DNA from: a virus
Length of the DNA: 64,000 nt
IMG/VR virus record: IMGVR_UViG_3300032309_000911
Coordinates: 22,519 to 86,518 of that record
Strand: one strand, 5' to 3'
The position numbers and the translations under genes were made by a program. The notes below the pieces were generated by a model. The model made no database searches. It saw only the letters and a program-made list of their open reading frames with translations, and had not been told where the DNA came from. This document shows, piece after piece, positions 19,230 through 28,383 of the stretch (positions are counted from its first letter, which is position 1; each line of letters begins with the position of its first letter).

Positions 19230-19448
19230 ATGAAATTAAAAGTTCAAGGTTATGATTCTTTGGTTAGAGACACAAATTCTAACGCTATTATTAATACAAA
19301 TAGAAAAGAATACGAATTGTATATGAATAGAATAAAAGCTCGTGAAAAACAAAGTGATGAAATAAGAACTGCGGTTAAAGAAATAAATACTTTAAAAACA
19401 GAATTACAAGATATTAAAAATTTATTAAAAGAGGTTTTAAAAAAATAA
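19230..19448 (+). CDS. Small coiled-coil protein
   Basis: VQGYDSLVRDTNSNAIIN plus heptad tail; 1 nt after the previous stop. Confidence 0.8.
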   Translation: MKLKVQGYDSLVRDTNSNAIINTNRKEYELYMNRIKAREKQSDEIRTAVKEINTLKTELQDIKNLLKEVLKK

Positions 19449-19451
19449 CAA

Positions 19452-20813
19452 ATGGCTTATACTATAATAAACACCACTGATACACTAGAACAGATGCGAG
19501 TTAAGTTAAATAACTTGACTACTAATGATTTTGGTGATCCTTCAATTTTAGCTGGTGCAGGTATTACATCAACATCTATTACAGGTGCTGTCGTAGAATT
19601 AGCTAATGTTGCATATTCTCAAGCTGGTTTTCGTATTGAAGATTCTACTTCTTCTTTTCAACAAATTGGTGCTGGTCAAACTTTAAGAGTTTTAGGAACA
19701 TCAAATCAAATTAATGCTGTTGTAAGTGCTACAGATACTTTAACAATAAGTTTACCTAGTAACGTAACTATACCTAATAATTTAACAGCTAATGGTACAT
19801 TGCACACATTGGGTACAATAGAAATTAGTGGAAATAATATTAGATCAACAGATTCTACAACTGTTAGAATTAATGATTCTTTAAATGTAAACGGTAGTAT
19901 TTCAGCAACTTCTGTATCATCAACAGGCGCTGTTTCTGGTACAACTATAACAGGAACAGGTGCGGTTTCTGGTACAACTATTACAGGTTCTTCAACAATA
20001 CAAGGTACAGATTTAGTATTAACTTCAGGTGGAATAACTTTTGAAGGAGCAACCGATAACACATTTGAAACTACACTAGCGATTACAGATCCAACGCAAG
20101 ACAGAACAATTACAGTACCAAATATAACAGGTACTATTGTTACAACAGGAGATACAGGTACAGTTACTAGTACAATGATTGCTGATGGTACAATTGTAAA
20201 TGCGGATATTGCTGATGGAACAATTAGAGGTGCCAAATTAAATGTATCTTCAGATAGTGTAACTTTTGCTAACGTAACTGCTACTAATTTTACAGGAACA
20301 GCTTCAATAGCAACAACAGTTACTTTAAATGCGAATAATACGAATAATGAAACGGTTTATTTAACATTTTCAGATACCGCTACAGGTAATCAAACTTTAG
20401 AAACGGATACAAGTTTATCTTATAATCCTTCAACAAATATATTATCTACAACAGCTACTCAAGCACAATATGCCGATTTAGCTGAGATTTATGATACAGA
20501 TAAAAATTATGATATAGGTACAGTAGTTATGGTTGGCGGAAATAAAGAAGTTACAGAATGTTTTGTAGGTAAAAGAGCACTAGGTGTCATATCAGATAGA
20601 CCTGCTTTTTTAATGAACTCTAAAGCAAAAGGTCAACCAGTTGCATTAAAAGGACGTGTTAAAGTAAAAGTTACAGGCGATGTTAAAAAAGGCGATGAAT
20701 TAGTTGCAGGTAATGGTGGTTTTGCCACAACAATAAGTGAAGAATTTACAAAAGTATTTGCAATTGCTTTGGAAGATAATGATAAAGGACTTATCGAGGC
20801 AATTATACTATAA
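19452..20813 (+). CDS. Fibre/fibritin-like structural protein
   Basis: TDTLEQMRVKLN N-terminus, Thr/Gly-rich body, C-terminal YADLAE...GVIS...VALKGRV..KV.G.VKKGDELV module. Confidence 0.75.
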   Translation: MAYTIINTTDTLEQMRVKLNNLTTNDFGDPSILAGAGITSTSITGAVVELANVAYSQAGFRIEDSTSSFQQIGAGQTLRVLGTSNQINAVVSATDTLTISLPSNVTIPNNLTANGTLHTLGTIEISGNNIRSTDSTTVRINDSLNVNGSISATSVSSTGAVSGTTITGTGAVSGTTITGSSTIQGTDLVLTSGGITFEGATDNTFETTLAITDPTQDRTITVPNITGTIVTTGDTGTVTSTMIADGTIVNADIADGTIRGAKLNVSSDSVTFANVTATNFTGTASIATTVTLNANNTNNETVYLTFSDTATGNQTLETDTSLSYNPSTNILSTTATQAQYADLAEIYDTDKNYDIGTVVMVGGNKEVTECFVGKRALGVISDRPAFLMNSKAKGQPVALKGRVKVKVTGDVKKGDELVAGNGGFATTISEEFTKVFAIALEDNDKGLIEAIIL

Positions 20814-20822
20814 TCCTGCTGT

Positions 20823-20830
20823 AATAAATA
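20823..20830 (+). promoter_or_regulatory. Late promoter variant AATAAATA heading the radical SAM operon
   Basis: 7/8 match in the short intergenic gap, 7 nt before the ATG. Confidence 0.55.
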
Positions 20831-20837
20831 TTACAGT

Positions 20838-21284
20838 ATGATTGATGCTTTAAATGATGAATTAATATCTTTCACAAGATACGAAAATAATCAAATAATC
20901 TATATAGACAAAAACGGCAAAGATTACAAAGTTAAAGATGAAATAACTTATGGTAATTGGATTAAAAATTATAAAAATATTCCACATATAAAAGTTGAAG
21001 GATTAGAAGATAATAATTATCATCTTCAATTATTAAAACAATACAATTTGAATTTTAAAATGAAAAATGTGCACCTTTTTTATAATCAGTTTGGCGGGTT
21101 TTCTTTTCCTGAACATTCAGATGATATAGATGTATTATTGTGTGTTATTAAAGGTGGTAAAAAAGTATATACGGATAATTATCCTGTTTTGGTGAAAGAA
21201 GGACAAGCAATATCTATACCTAAAGGTGTCAAACATAGAGTTGAAAGTTTACCGTTTACTTGGGCATTAAGTATAGGATATTAA
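20838..21284 (+). CDS. Cupin/JmjC-like protein (probable Fe oxygenase)
   Basis: SFPEHSDDIDV (HxD), GGKKV, IPKGVKHRV and ALSIG, matching the cupin_4/ROX-like pattern. Confidence 0.75.
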   Translation: MIDALNDELISFTRYENNQIIYIDKNGKDYKVKDEITYGNWIKNYKNIPHIKVEGLEDNNYHLQLLKQYNLNFKMKNVHLFYNQFGGFSFPEHSDDIDVLLCVIKGGKKVYTDNYPVLVKEGQAISIPKGVKHRVESLPFTWALSIGY

Positions 21285-21293
21285 GTATAGGAT
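21266..21293 (+). repeat. Perfect tandem 14-bp duplication ATTAAGTATAGGAT
   Basis: Copies at 21266-21279 and 21280-21293. Confidence 0.9.
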
Positions 21294-21300
21294 ATAAAGA

Positions 21301-22338
21301 ATGAATTGGATGTTTTATATAAAGACAACTGAAACTTGTCAATTAAATTGCAAACATTGTTTCACTAGTGGTATTAATGGTAAAAAAATTTATTTTGATT
21401 ATTTTAAAACAATAGATTTTATAAAAAGATTCAGACAATATTTTGATAGTAACGAAGATTCTATTCATTTTGAATTTCATGGGGGTGAACCTTTTTTAGC
21501 ACCAGTATCTCACATGCAAAAAGTATATGATGAATGTAAAGATTTATGGAAAAATAGTACTTTTGGTATTACAACAAATTTAGTATTTAAATTAAAAGAA
21601 GAACACTATGAATTTATTAAGGGGCCTTTAAATAATCGTTTAGGTACAAGTTGGGATCCTAAAATAAGATTTGAAAATGATGCACAATATAATCTGTGGG
21701 AAAAAAACGTAAAAGATTTATTAAATAAAGGCGTTACAATAAAATTGTTTATCAGCGTAACTAAAGATACTATTAATATAGAACCTATTAAACTATTAAA
21801 ATGGATAAAACAATTAGGAGTACAAGAAATTTCTTTTGAAAGACTAACAGGTAATGGAAATGCAAAATTGCATCCTGAAATATTCCCTGATAACATAGAA
21901 CAGGATAAATGGTTTTTAAAAATGCACCATCAATCAAAAGAAAATAATTGTAGAAGTTGGTTTGATAATGAAACATTAGAAGTTATATACAGTAAGTTTG
22001 AAACAGGTTTTTTAAAAGGTGGTACTTTCTGTAGAGATTGTGAACAAAAGATTTTTACATTAAATGCTGATGGTACAATATCAGGTTGTCCAAATGCGGC
22101 GCCAGAGTTTCAATTTGGACACATAAATGACGATATTAAAAGTCTTATAAATAGTCCCAAAAGAATAGAAAACATCGCTTGTGAACGTGCAAGAAATCCT
22201 TTATGTTTTTCTTGTGAGGTTTTTGAGTTTTGTGGAGGTGATTGCCACCAACTTGCTTGGCAAGGTGATATATGTGGTGCACCAAAAAGTTTAATGAAAG
22301 AGTTAAAATTAGGTATAAAATATGGTAACATTAACTAA
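21301..22338 (+). CDS. Radical SAM/SPASM enzyme 1
   Basis: CQLNCKHC (CxxxCxxC), FHGGEP; C-terminal CRDC...GCP...CFSCEVFEFCGGDC...C. Confidence 0.93.
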   Translation: MNWMFYIKTTETCQLNCKHCFTSGINGKKIYFDYFKTIDFIKRFRQYFDSNEDSIHFEFHGGEPFLAPVSHMQKVYDECKDLWKNSTFGITTNLVFKLKEEHYEFIKGPLNNRLGTSWDPKIRFENDAQYNLWEKNVKDLLNKGVTIKLFISVTKDTINIEPIKLLKWIKQLGVQEISFERLTGNGNAKLHPEIFPDNIEQDKWFLKMHHQSKENNCRSWFDNETLEVIYSKFETGFLKGGTFCRDCEQKIFTLNADGTISGCPNAAPEFQFGHINDDIKSLINSPKRIENIACERARNPLCFSCEVFEFCGGDCHQLAWQGDICGAPKSLMKELKLGIKYGNIN

Positions 22339-22894
22339 TCCAGTTACGCCGCAAAATATAGTAGATAGATTTAAAGATTTGGTTACAGATGTAGCTAATA
22401 CAAGTATAATTTGGGGAACAGATAATAAACCATTTTCAGAAATGCCAGATGCTAATTACGCTGGTACAATATCAGGAACTACTATTAATGTTACTGGTTC
22501 TAATATTGCTATTACAGGAGATTTAATAACAGCTTCTACAATTAAATCTGTATTAGAAACAGAAACAGCTCTATATACAAATATTAGACAACAAAGAGCT
22601 ATACTAAATGTAACAGGTGGTGGAGGAAATACAGGATCGAGACCGACTCCAGGAATAATTTATGATCAAACAAATGTAGCTAATTTATCTGTAGATAATA
22701 GAGCATCGTTAGGATCCATTTCTAGTTCAAATGTAGATGCGGGACAAATAATAGACGATTTAAATTTAGAGACATATTTTGGAAATTTAGCAACGGCTTA
22801 TGATGCTGTTAGAACTACGGCCGTAACACAACAAATAGATGTATGTCATGCTAGTTGTCATAGTTCATGTCATGGATCAAGAGGAAGAAGATAA
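22322..22894 (+). CDS. Putative modification substrate: virion-like protein with C-terminal (CHxS)3 core
   Basis: T/N/G-rich body; all Cys and His residues lie in the C-terminal DVCHASCHSSCHGSRGRR; embedded among rSAM genes. Gene is secure, role is inferred. Confidence 0.7.
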   Translation: MVTLTNPVTPQNIVDRFKDLVTDVANTSIIWGTDNKPFSEMPDANYAGTISGTTINVTGSNIAITGDLITASTIKSVLETETALYTNIRQQRAILNVTGGGGNTGSRPTPGIIYDQTNVANLSVDNRASLGSISSSNVDAGQIIDDLNLETYFGNLATAYDAVRTTAVTQQIDVCHASCHSSCHGSRGRR

Positions 22895-23586
22895 TGAATA
22901 TAATTGAAACAATAGTTCCAATATCGATAGATAATTTAAAAAAACATTTTACGGACAAAGAAACATTTTATTTAATTGATTATAAAAATAGTGAATTGAA
23001 AGGTAAAAAATTATTAACATATTTAAGTAATTTAGACTTACCTTCCGATATCAAAGAGCCTGATTTGGAATTAATAAAAGAATATTTGCATAGCATTACT
23101 TTAGTTAATATTAATTCATTAGAAAACATTGTTATAGATATTCTTTTAGAATATAAAGGCATTTCTAAAACCAATAAGTATGAAACATTTATTAAAGAAA
23201 ATAAAGATATAATTTCTTTATGGTCTGATAAGTTAGACAGTTTAAGTGTATTCAACATGTATATTGTAAATTCTGATGAATTTAAACAATATGCCAATTC
23301 TTTTATAAAAGATGATACTGCAAGTTTAGAAGGTGTTAATTTTGTAAGTTTATTAAAACAAGAAAGATTTTATCTATTCTACAATAAACTAAATAGTAAT
23401 ATCAAATTCTATACTCATTATTTTAATGATTATATGTTTAGAGGTAAAAATCTTTATGAATTTTGGGCTACGTCCAAAAATCCTATGTTTTTATTAACTT
23501 GGGGAATAACACAAGGAAAAGGTAAAGATTATATAGAAGCTAAAATTAAAGATAAGGAAATTATAAAAAATGTTGCATTTATTTAA
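22894..23586 (+). CDS. Hypothetical protein of the rSAM operon
   Basis: TAATG coupling to the substrate-like gene supports a start at 22894 (MNIIETIVP). Confidence 0.8.
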   Translation: MNIIETIVPISIDNLKKHFTDKETFYLIDYKNSELKGKKLLTYLSNLDLPSDIKEPDLELIKEYLHSITLVNINSLENIVIDILLEYKGISKTNKYETFIKENKDIISLWSDKLDSLSVFNMYIVNSDEFKQYANSFIKDDTASLEGVNFVSLLKQERFYLFYNKLNSNIKFYTHYFNDYMFRGKNLYEFWATSKNPMFLLTWGITQGKGKDYIEAKIKDKEIIKNVAFI

Positions 23587-24655
23587 TAAAACATATTTAG
23601 AATTTGATGATAAAATAGAATTAAATTTTGATCGAGTAATTATTTCAGATGTAAATGGTGTAAATATATTGGATTCTTTAGATAAAGTTGTTCAAGGAAA
23701 ATTATTAAAATATGGTAAAAATTTAGACAATTTTAATTTTGTTAATTTAATAACTGAAATAAATTCTTATGGACAATCATCTAACAAAAAATTAGTAATA
23801 TATTGCGATAAGTTAAATTATATTAAATTCGCAACTAAATGGTTAAAAACAATATTGCCAAATTTAGATTTAAATAATTTTTCAAAATTAATAGAATTAA
23901 CAATTTATAAAGAAAGAATAATTAGTAATTCTCAAATGCAATCAGTAATACCTGTAAAACAAGATATTTTATGGGAAGGATTAGGAGATATATCATCTTC
24001 ATTTAATTCAATAACAGTTTCTAATGAAGATAGACAATCTATAAAAAATTTAAATTTAAAATATTCTTATGAATTTCTTTTAGCTGATCATTTTAGCGGG
24101 TCATCTAATTATACATCTTCACTTACAACAATAGTGCATTTATTTTTGCAAAGATGGTTTAAAGAGTTATTTAAAGATAATAGAGAAATGGTATTGTTAA
24201 ATCTTTTAAATAAAAATTTTCAAACAGCATTAAGTTTTACAGAAAGTAATATTGATTTAACTAAATCAAATCCTATAACTGGAGTTTCTTCTTTACAATT
24301 TTATTCTGATGAAAATATTTGGTCTAAAGAAAACTCATGTAAAGTTGAAGGATTAACACAAATACAAATAGATGGTTTACGAAATTTAGTTAAAAAAATT
24401 TACGGTGATGTGGAAGGCATGGAAATAGACAACGCTGTGTTTGGTATGCTTGATTATTTAGAATATGCAGCCAAAACTTCTATCACTACAGAAGAATTAA
24501 ATACTATATTAAATTATGTTGTAACAAATCCATTTGATACTTGTTTAATACCAAAATTTGATTTTCAAAATGTAAACTTTGTTTTTGTACAACACCTTTT
24601 AAATTTAAAGAGAGATAATAACACAGAGGTACTTACAAAGTTTAGATTATTATAG
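23570..24655 (+). CDS. Hypothetical protein of the rSAM operon
   Basis: 361-aa ORF, overlapping start, AAGGA Shine-Dalgarno; no family recognised. Confidence 0.8.
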   Translation: MLHLFNKTYLEFDDKIELNFDRVIISDVNGVNILDSLDKVVQGKLLKYGKNLDNFNFVNLITEINSYGQSSNKKLVIYCDKLNYIKFATKWLKTILPNLDLNNFSKLIELTIYKERIISNSQMQSVIPVKQDILWEGLGDISSSFNSITVSNEDRQSIKNLNLKYSYEFLLADHFSGSSNYTSSLTTIVHLFLQRWFKELFKDNREMVLLNLLNKNFQTALSFTESNIDLTKSNPITGVSSLQFYSDENIWSKENSCKVEGLTQIQIDGLRNLVKKIYGDVEGMEIDNAVFGMLDYLEYAAKTSITTEELNTILNYVVTNPFDTCLIPKFDFQNVNFVFVQHLLNLKRDNNTEVLTKFRLL

Positions 24656-24662
24656 GATTGCA

Positions 24663-25709
24663 ATGCGTGAATTTTTGATTGATCCTAAAAGAGATCCTGA
24701 ACAGGAATATACAATTCATTTATTTGAATTTTGTAATTTAAGTTGTGCTTTCTGTTGGCAAAATCATCAAGATAAAATAGGCATAGACACGGTTCTTGAT
24801 AAATTAGAACCTATTGAAAGATTTGTTAGTAAAGAATATAAAAATAAGATTACTCTTAATTTGATGGGTGGCGAAGTATTTGCGCCTAGTATTTATACTA
24901 AACAATTAAATGAAGCCTATAAACAATTATCTTTAGGCATTCAAAAAATTGCAGACAAATATAACAAACAATGTTCTTTAAATTGGGTGTCAAATTTAGT
25001 TACTGATAAGTTAGATTTGATTGAAGATTTATTACAATACTCCAAAGACAATCATATTAAAGCACGTTTAACAACATCATACGATCCTCGTGGCCGTTTT
25101 AATCCAAAACAATTCGAAGTGTTTAAAAAAAATGTAGATTATTTTAAAGATAGAGTAACGTGTTTTTCTTGTTTATTAACTAAACCAAATATAGAATATT
25201 ATTTAACTGAGGGTGATGAATATTTTGATTATCTTTATAACAATGGTAAATATATTTACTTTGATTATTATATGCCTGATGAACACGCTAAATTTAATAT
25301 GCCAAGTGATGAATTACTTTTAAAATTCTTTAAACATTGTGTTGACAAATATCCTAATGTGCATCCTGTAAAAGATTGGATTTTTAATAAAAAAAATTAC
25401 GCTTCATGTAGAGTTAGTAAATTGGTATTAGCTGATGGAACTTTATGTATGTGTGGCAACTTGGTACAAGACAAAAAATCATTAAGTATGTACAAATCGC
25501 CTATTAAACGTATGAACAATAATGAAATTGAAAACAAATTTTTAGAAAAATATAATTGTGCTTCTTGTGAGTTTTTGGATAGGTGTACATTAGGATGTTT
25601 TATGAATCACGATTACAAATATAAGGAGGAGCTGAATGAGTGTGTCTATAAACTTACGCACAGATATATCGAAGATGTACGAGTACAACGAGGATACATC
25701 GCTTATTAA
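24663..25709 (+). CDS. Radical SAM/SPASM enzyme 2
   Basis: CNLSCAFC, MGGE; C-terminal SC...LCMC...CASCEFLDRCTLGC...C. Confidence 0.92.
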   Translation: MREFLIDPKRDPEQEYTIHLFEFCNLSCAFCWQNHQDKIGIDTVLDKLEPIERFVSKEYKNKITLNLMGGEVFAPSIYTKQLNEAYKQLSLGIQKIADKYNKQCSLNWVSNLVTDKLDLIEDLLQYSKDNHIKARLTTSYDPRGRFNPKQFEVFKKNVDYFKDRVTCFSCLLTKPNIEYYLTEGDEYFDYLYNNGKYIYFDYYMPDEHAKFNMPSDELLLKFFKHCVDKYPNVHPVKDWIFNKKNYASCRVSKLVLADGTLCMCGNLVQDKKSLSMYKSPIKRMNNNEIENKFLEKYNCASCEFLDRCTLGCFMNHDYKYKEELNECVYKLTHRYIEDVRVQRGYIAY

Positions 25710-26208
25710 TATCAAATTACCTAAAAATATTGATGTTAAATTGGATAATCTTCCTGTAAAACAACCATATATTCCTAGAATATGTGGTAGACAAGCTCAC
25801 ATGTTTATTTGGTGGGGAACTAAAGAAACCGACCCGGACATTTATGAACAAACTTTAAAAAATAAAAATGAAGAACAATGGATAACTTGTGATGAAATTT
25901 GGAAATTAGAAAAAGGTATTTCCTCAATTCATATATATGACACTGAAATTATTGTAGGATGTGTTAAATATTCTGGTGTTTTGAAAAAAAAAACTATACA
26001 TGAAAGAAAAAAATTTATTAGACAAATGTGGAATGATATAGTAAGTATGTTTAAAGATAAAAAAATTATTGTTCCTGTAGGTTCATATTTAGAATATATA
26101 AGTTTGTCAATAAATTTAACAAAAATACAACACGAACCTTATCAAAAAAGATTTTTAAATCCATTAGGTTTTAAAAAACAAGGAAATTATTGGATAAGAT
26201 GGACCTAA
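25675..26208 (+). CDS. Hypothetical protein of the rSAM operon
   Basis: Overlaps both neighbours; start uncertain (25636 or 25675). Confidence 0.7.
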   Translation: MYEYNEDTSLINIKLPKNIDVKLDNLPVKQPYIPRICGRQAHMFIWWGTKETDPDIYEQTLKNKNEEQWITCDEIWKLEKGISSIHIYDTEIIVGCVKYSGVLKKKTIHERKKFIRQMWNDIVSMFKDKKIIVPVGSYLEYISLSINLTKIQHEPYQKRFLNPLGFKKQGNYWIRWT

Positions 26209-27290
26209 TAATTAAACCAACAGAATTGTGTAATTTTAAATGTACTTTTTGTTCTAGCACTAAAATAGCGGAACACAAAAAAGATGTATTATCGCTTGAA
26301 CAAATATTTACATTTTTAAAAAGATTTCCTCAAACAAGAACAATTATAGTTAATGGAGGCGATCCTTTAATGATGGAACCAGAATACTATTGGAAAATTA
26401 TTGAATGGTTGGATAAAAACGATTACGATACATCTATTGCATTAACTACAAATTTATGGCCATTCTATAAAAAACCAGACAAATGGGTTAATTTATTTAA
26501 CAATGAAAGAGTTGGTGTAACTACATCTTTTCAATATGGAGGTGGCCGTCTTAAAGGAGATTTAACAGAATTTACAGAAGAAGATTTTTGGAAATGTTCA
26601 AATGCTATGTTAGAATATTGTGGTTATAGGCCAGATTTTATATCTGTTATTGTTCCTGAAAACGAAAAAGATGCAATTAAAAATGTAGAACTTGCAAAAC
26701 GTATGAGTGAAGATATTGTACCTGATGGAACAATGCACAATTTTACACGTCATAGTAAGACTGGTGTGGAATGTAAATTAAATTATGCAATGTCTAGTGG
26801 CGATCAAGGTAAACCTTATTTGTTAAGTAAGATATATCAGATATACGTAGAAATATGGAAACGTGGTCTTGCACCTTGGGAATTTAATACAAAACAAATG
26901 ATACAAAGATTAAACAATGATAGAACATCTTGTCCTCAAAATCGCAAATGCGATACTGGAATACGTGCATTAAATCCTAGCGGAGATTATTATTCTTGTG
27001 GTGCTTTTGGTGATGATAAAGACAAAACCATAGATTTTGATAGAGAAATGAAAGGAGAGTTTTTTACTCCTTTACAAGATGATTTAAATTTGCTTAGTAT
27101 GAAGAAATCTTGTTTTACTTGTCCTATGTTTAATATATGTAATGGTTGCAGAAAAACAATTAAGGATTTTAAACATCACGGAGTTGTAGAAGAACATTGC
27201 AAACTTATGAAAACCATAGCACCGGACATAATTAAATCTAATGGACTAAATATTGAAGTAACACCTTATATAGATGAAAGTGTATTATGA
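26199..27290 (+). CDS. Radical SAM/SPASM enzyme 3
   Basis: LIIKPTELCNFKCTFC, NGGDP; C-terminal SCPQNRKC...YSC...CFTCPMFNICNGC...HC. Confidence 0.93.
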   Translation: MDLIIKPTELCNFKCTFCSSTKIAEHKKDVLSLEQIFTFLKRFPQTRTIIVNGGDPLMMEPEYYWKIIEWLDKNDYDTSIALTTNLWPFYKKPDKWVNLFNNERVGVTTSFQYGGGRLKGDLTEFTEEDFWKCSNAMLEYCGYRPDFISVIVPENEKDAIKNVELAKRMSEDIVPDGTMHNFTRHSKTGVECKLNYAMSSGDQGKPYLLSKIYQIYVEIWKRGLAPWEFNTKQMIQRLNNDRTSCPQNRKCDTGIRALNPSGDYYSCGAFGDDKDKTIDFDREMKGEFFTPLQDDLNLLSMKKSCFTCPMFNICNGCRKTIKDFKHHGVVEEHCKLMKTIAPDIIKSNGLNIEVTPYIDESVL

Positions 27291-27808
27291 TTAATGATTT
27301 TTTAACAAAAGGTTTTATTATATTAAATGATAAAGATCCTTTTAAATTTATAGATATCAATGATATACAATGGACTGATGCCGGTCATGTAGGTTTGCAA
27401 GTAGTTATTAAAGAAGAAAAAATACAAAATGAACTATTAACAACTCAAAAATATCTAGGTGAGAAATACGTAAAACAAATAGATTCGAATTACAAACTTG
27501 CTAATAAAATAGATTTAGTAAATGGCATGGATGAGGCTACTTTGGTTTGGCATAACGATTTAATAGAAGGACCAAATCTTTGCATTTTAACTTATTTTGA
27601 TGATATGGATGTTGATATTGGAGGTGCTATTTGTTTTAGAAAAACAGAAACAAAAGAAGATTTAATAAAACATTACCCTAAAAAAAATGATATTCTTATT
27701 ATGAATCAAAGTTTAAAATATGAACATATAGTTACACCTCTGAAATTAAAACTTCCTAGACGAGTGGCCAGTTTTAATTATTATATAGATGAAAGGTTGA
27801 CAAAATGA
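27287..27808 (+). CDS. 2OG-Fe(II) oxygenase
   Basis: WHND (HxD), GGAICF, YEHIV and RRVASF. Confidence 0.8.
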   Translation: MINDFLTKGFIILNDKDPFKFIDINDIQWTDAGHVGLQVVIKEEKIQNELLTTQKYLGEKYVKQIDSNYKLANKIDLVNGMDEATLVWHNDLIEGPNLCILTYFDDMDVDIGGAICFRKTETKEDLIKHYPKKNDILIMNQSLKYEHIVTPLKLKLPRRVASFNYYIDERLTK

Positions 27809-28383
27809 AAGAAGGATTTAATAATTTGTGGCCTACTATCATATTAAAAGATATTATAAAAGATAAACCATTATTAGATGATGTAACAAATTATACATTA
27901 ACAAAATATGGGTTAGATAATAAGATATCAGCAGATATTAAATATCAAAATCTATTTGATGATAATTATTATAACAAGTTTAGATACAACATAGTAATAC
28001 CTTTTTTTGAAAAATATTTGCAAGAAAATGTAGGTATTAGTTTGAAAGATAAAAAATATACTATGAGAGCATGGTTAACGGGTTATGGTGTTTCTTATTC
28101 TATGCCAAAACACAATCATTCAGGTTCTCATTTGAGTGCGGTATTTTATTTACTATCCGAAGATAATCATCTAGGAGGATCTTTAGTAATAAATGACCCT
28201 CGTTTTAATGCAAATAGAGGTTATACGCCTGATTTTAAAAAATGGTTTGAAAAAGAAATGTTTAATCCAAAAACAGGAGATATTTTAATATTTCCAAGTT
28301 TTACTTATCATAGTGTTGACACTTATTATGGAAAATTAAGATTAGCTATGCCTGTTGATCTAATATTATATAATGATGAATAA
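27805..28383 (+). CDS. 2OG-Fe(II) oxygenase, phage HxH type
   Basis: AW..., HNHSGSHLSAVFYL, DPR, PKTGDILIFPSFTYHSV and R. Confidence 0.85.
   Translation: MKEGFNNLWPTIILKDIIKDKPLLDDVTNYTLTKYGLDNKISADIKYQNLFDDNYYNKFRYNIVIPFFEKYLQENVGISLKDKKYTMRAWLTGYGVSYSMPKHNHSGSHLSAVFYLLSEDNHLGGSLVINDPRFNANRGYTPDFKKWFEKEMFNPKTGDILIFPSFTYHSVDTYYGKLRLAMPVDLILYNDE

Noticed and set aside
22844-22876. c-type heme attachment site (CxxxCH)
   Set aside because: Spacing is not canonical CxxCH, the motifs overlap, and there is no export signal or heme lyase; kept only as a remote alternative
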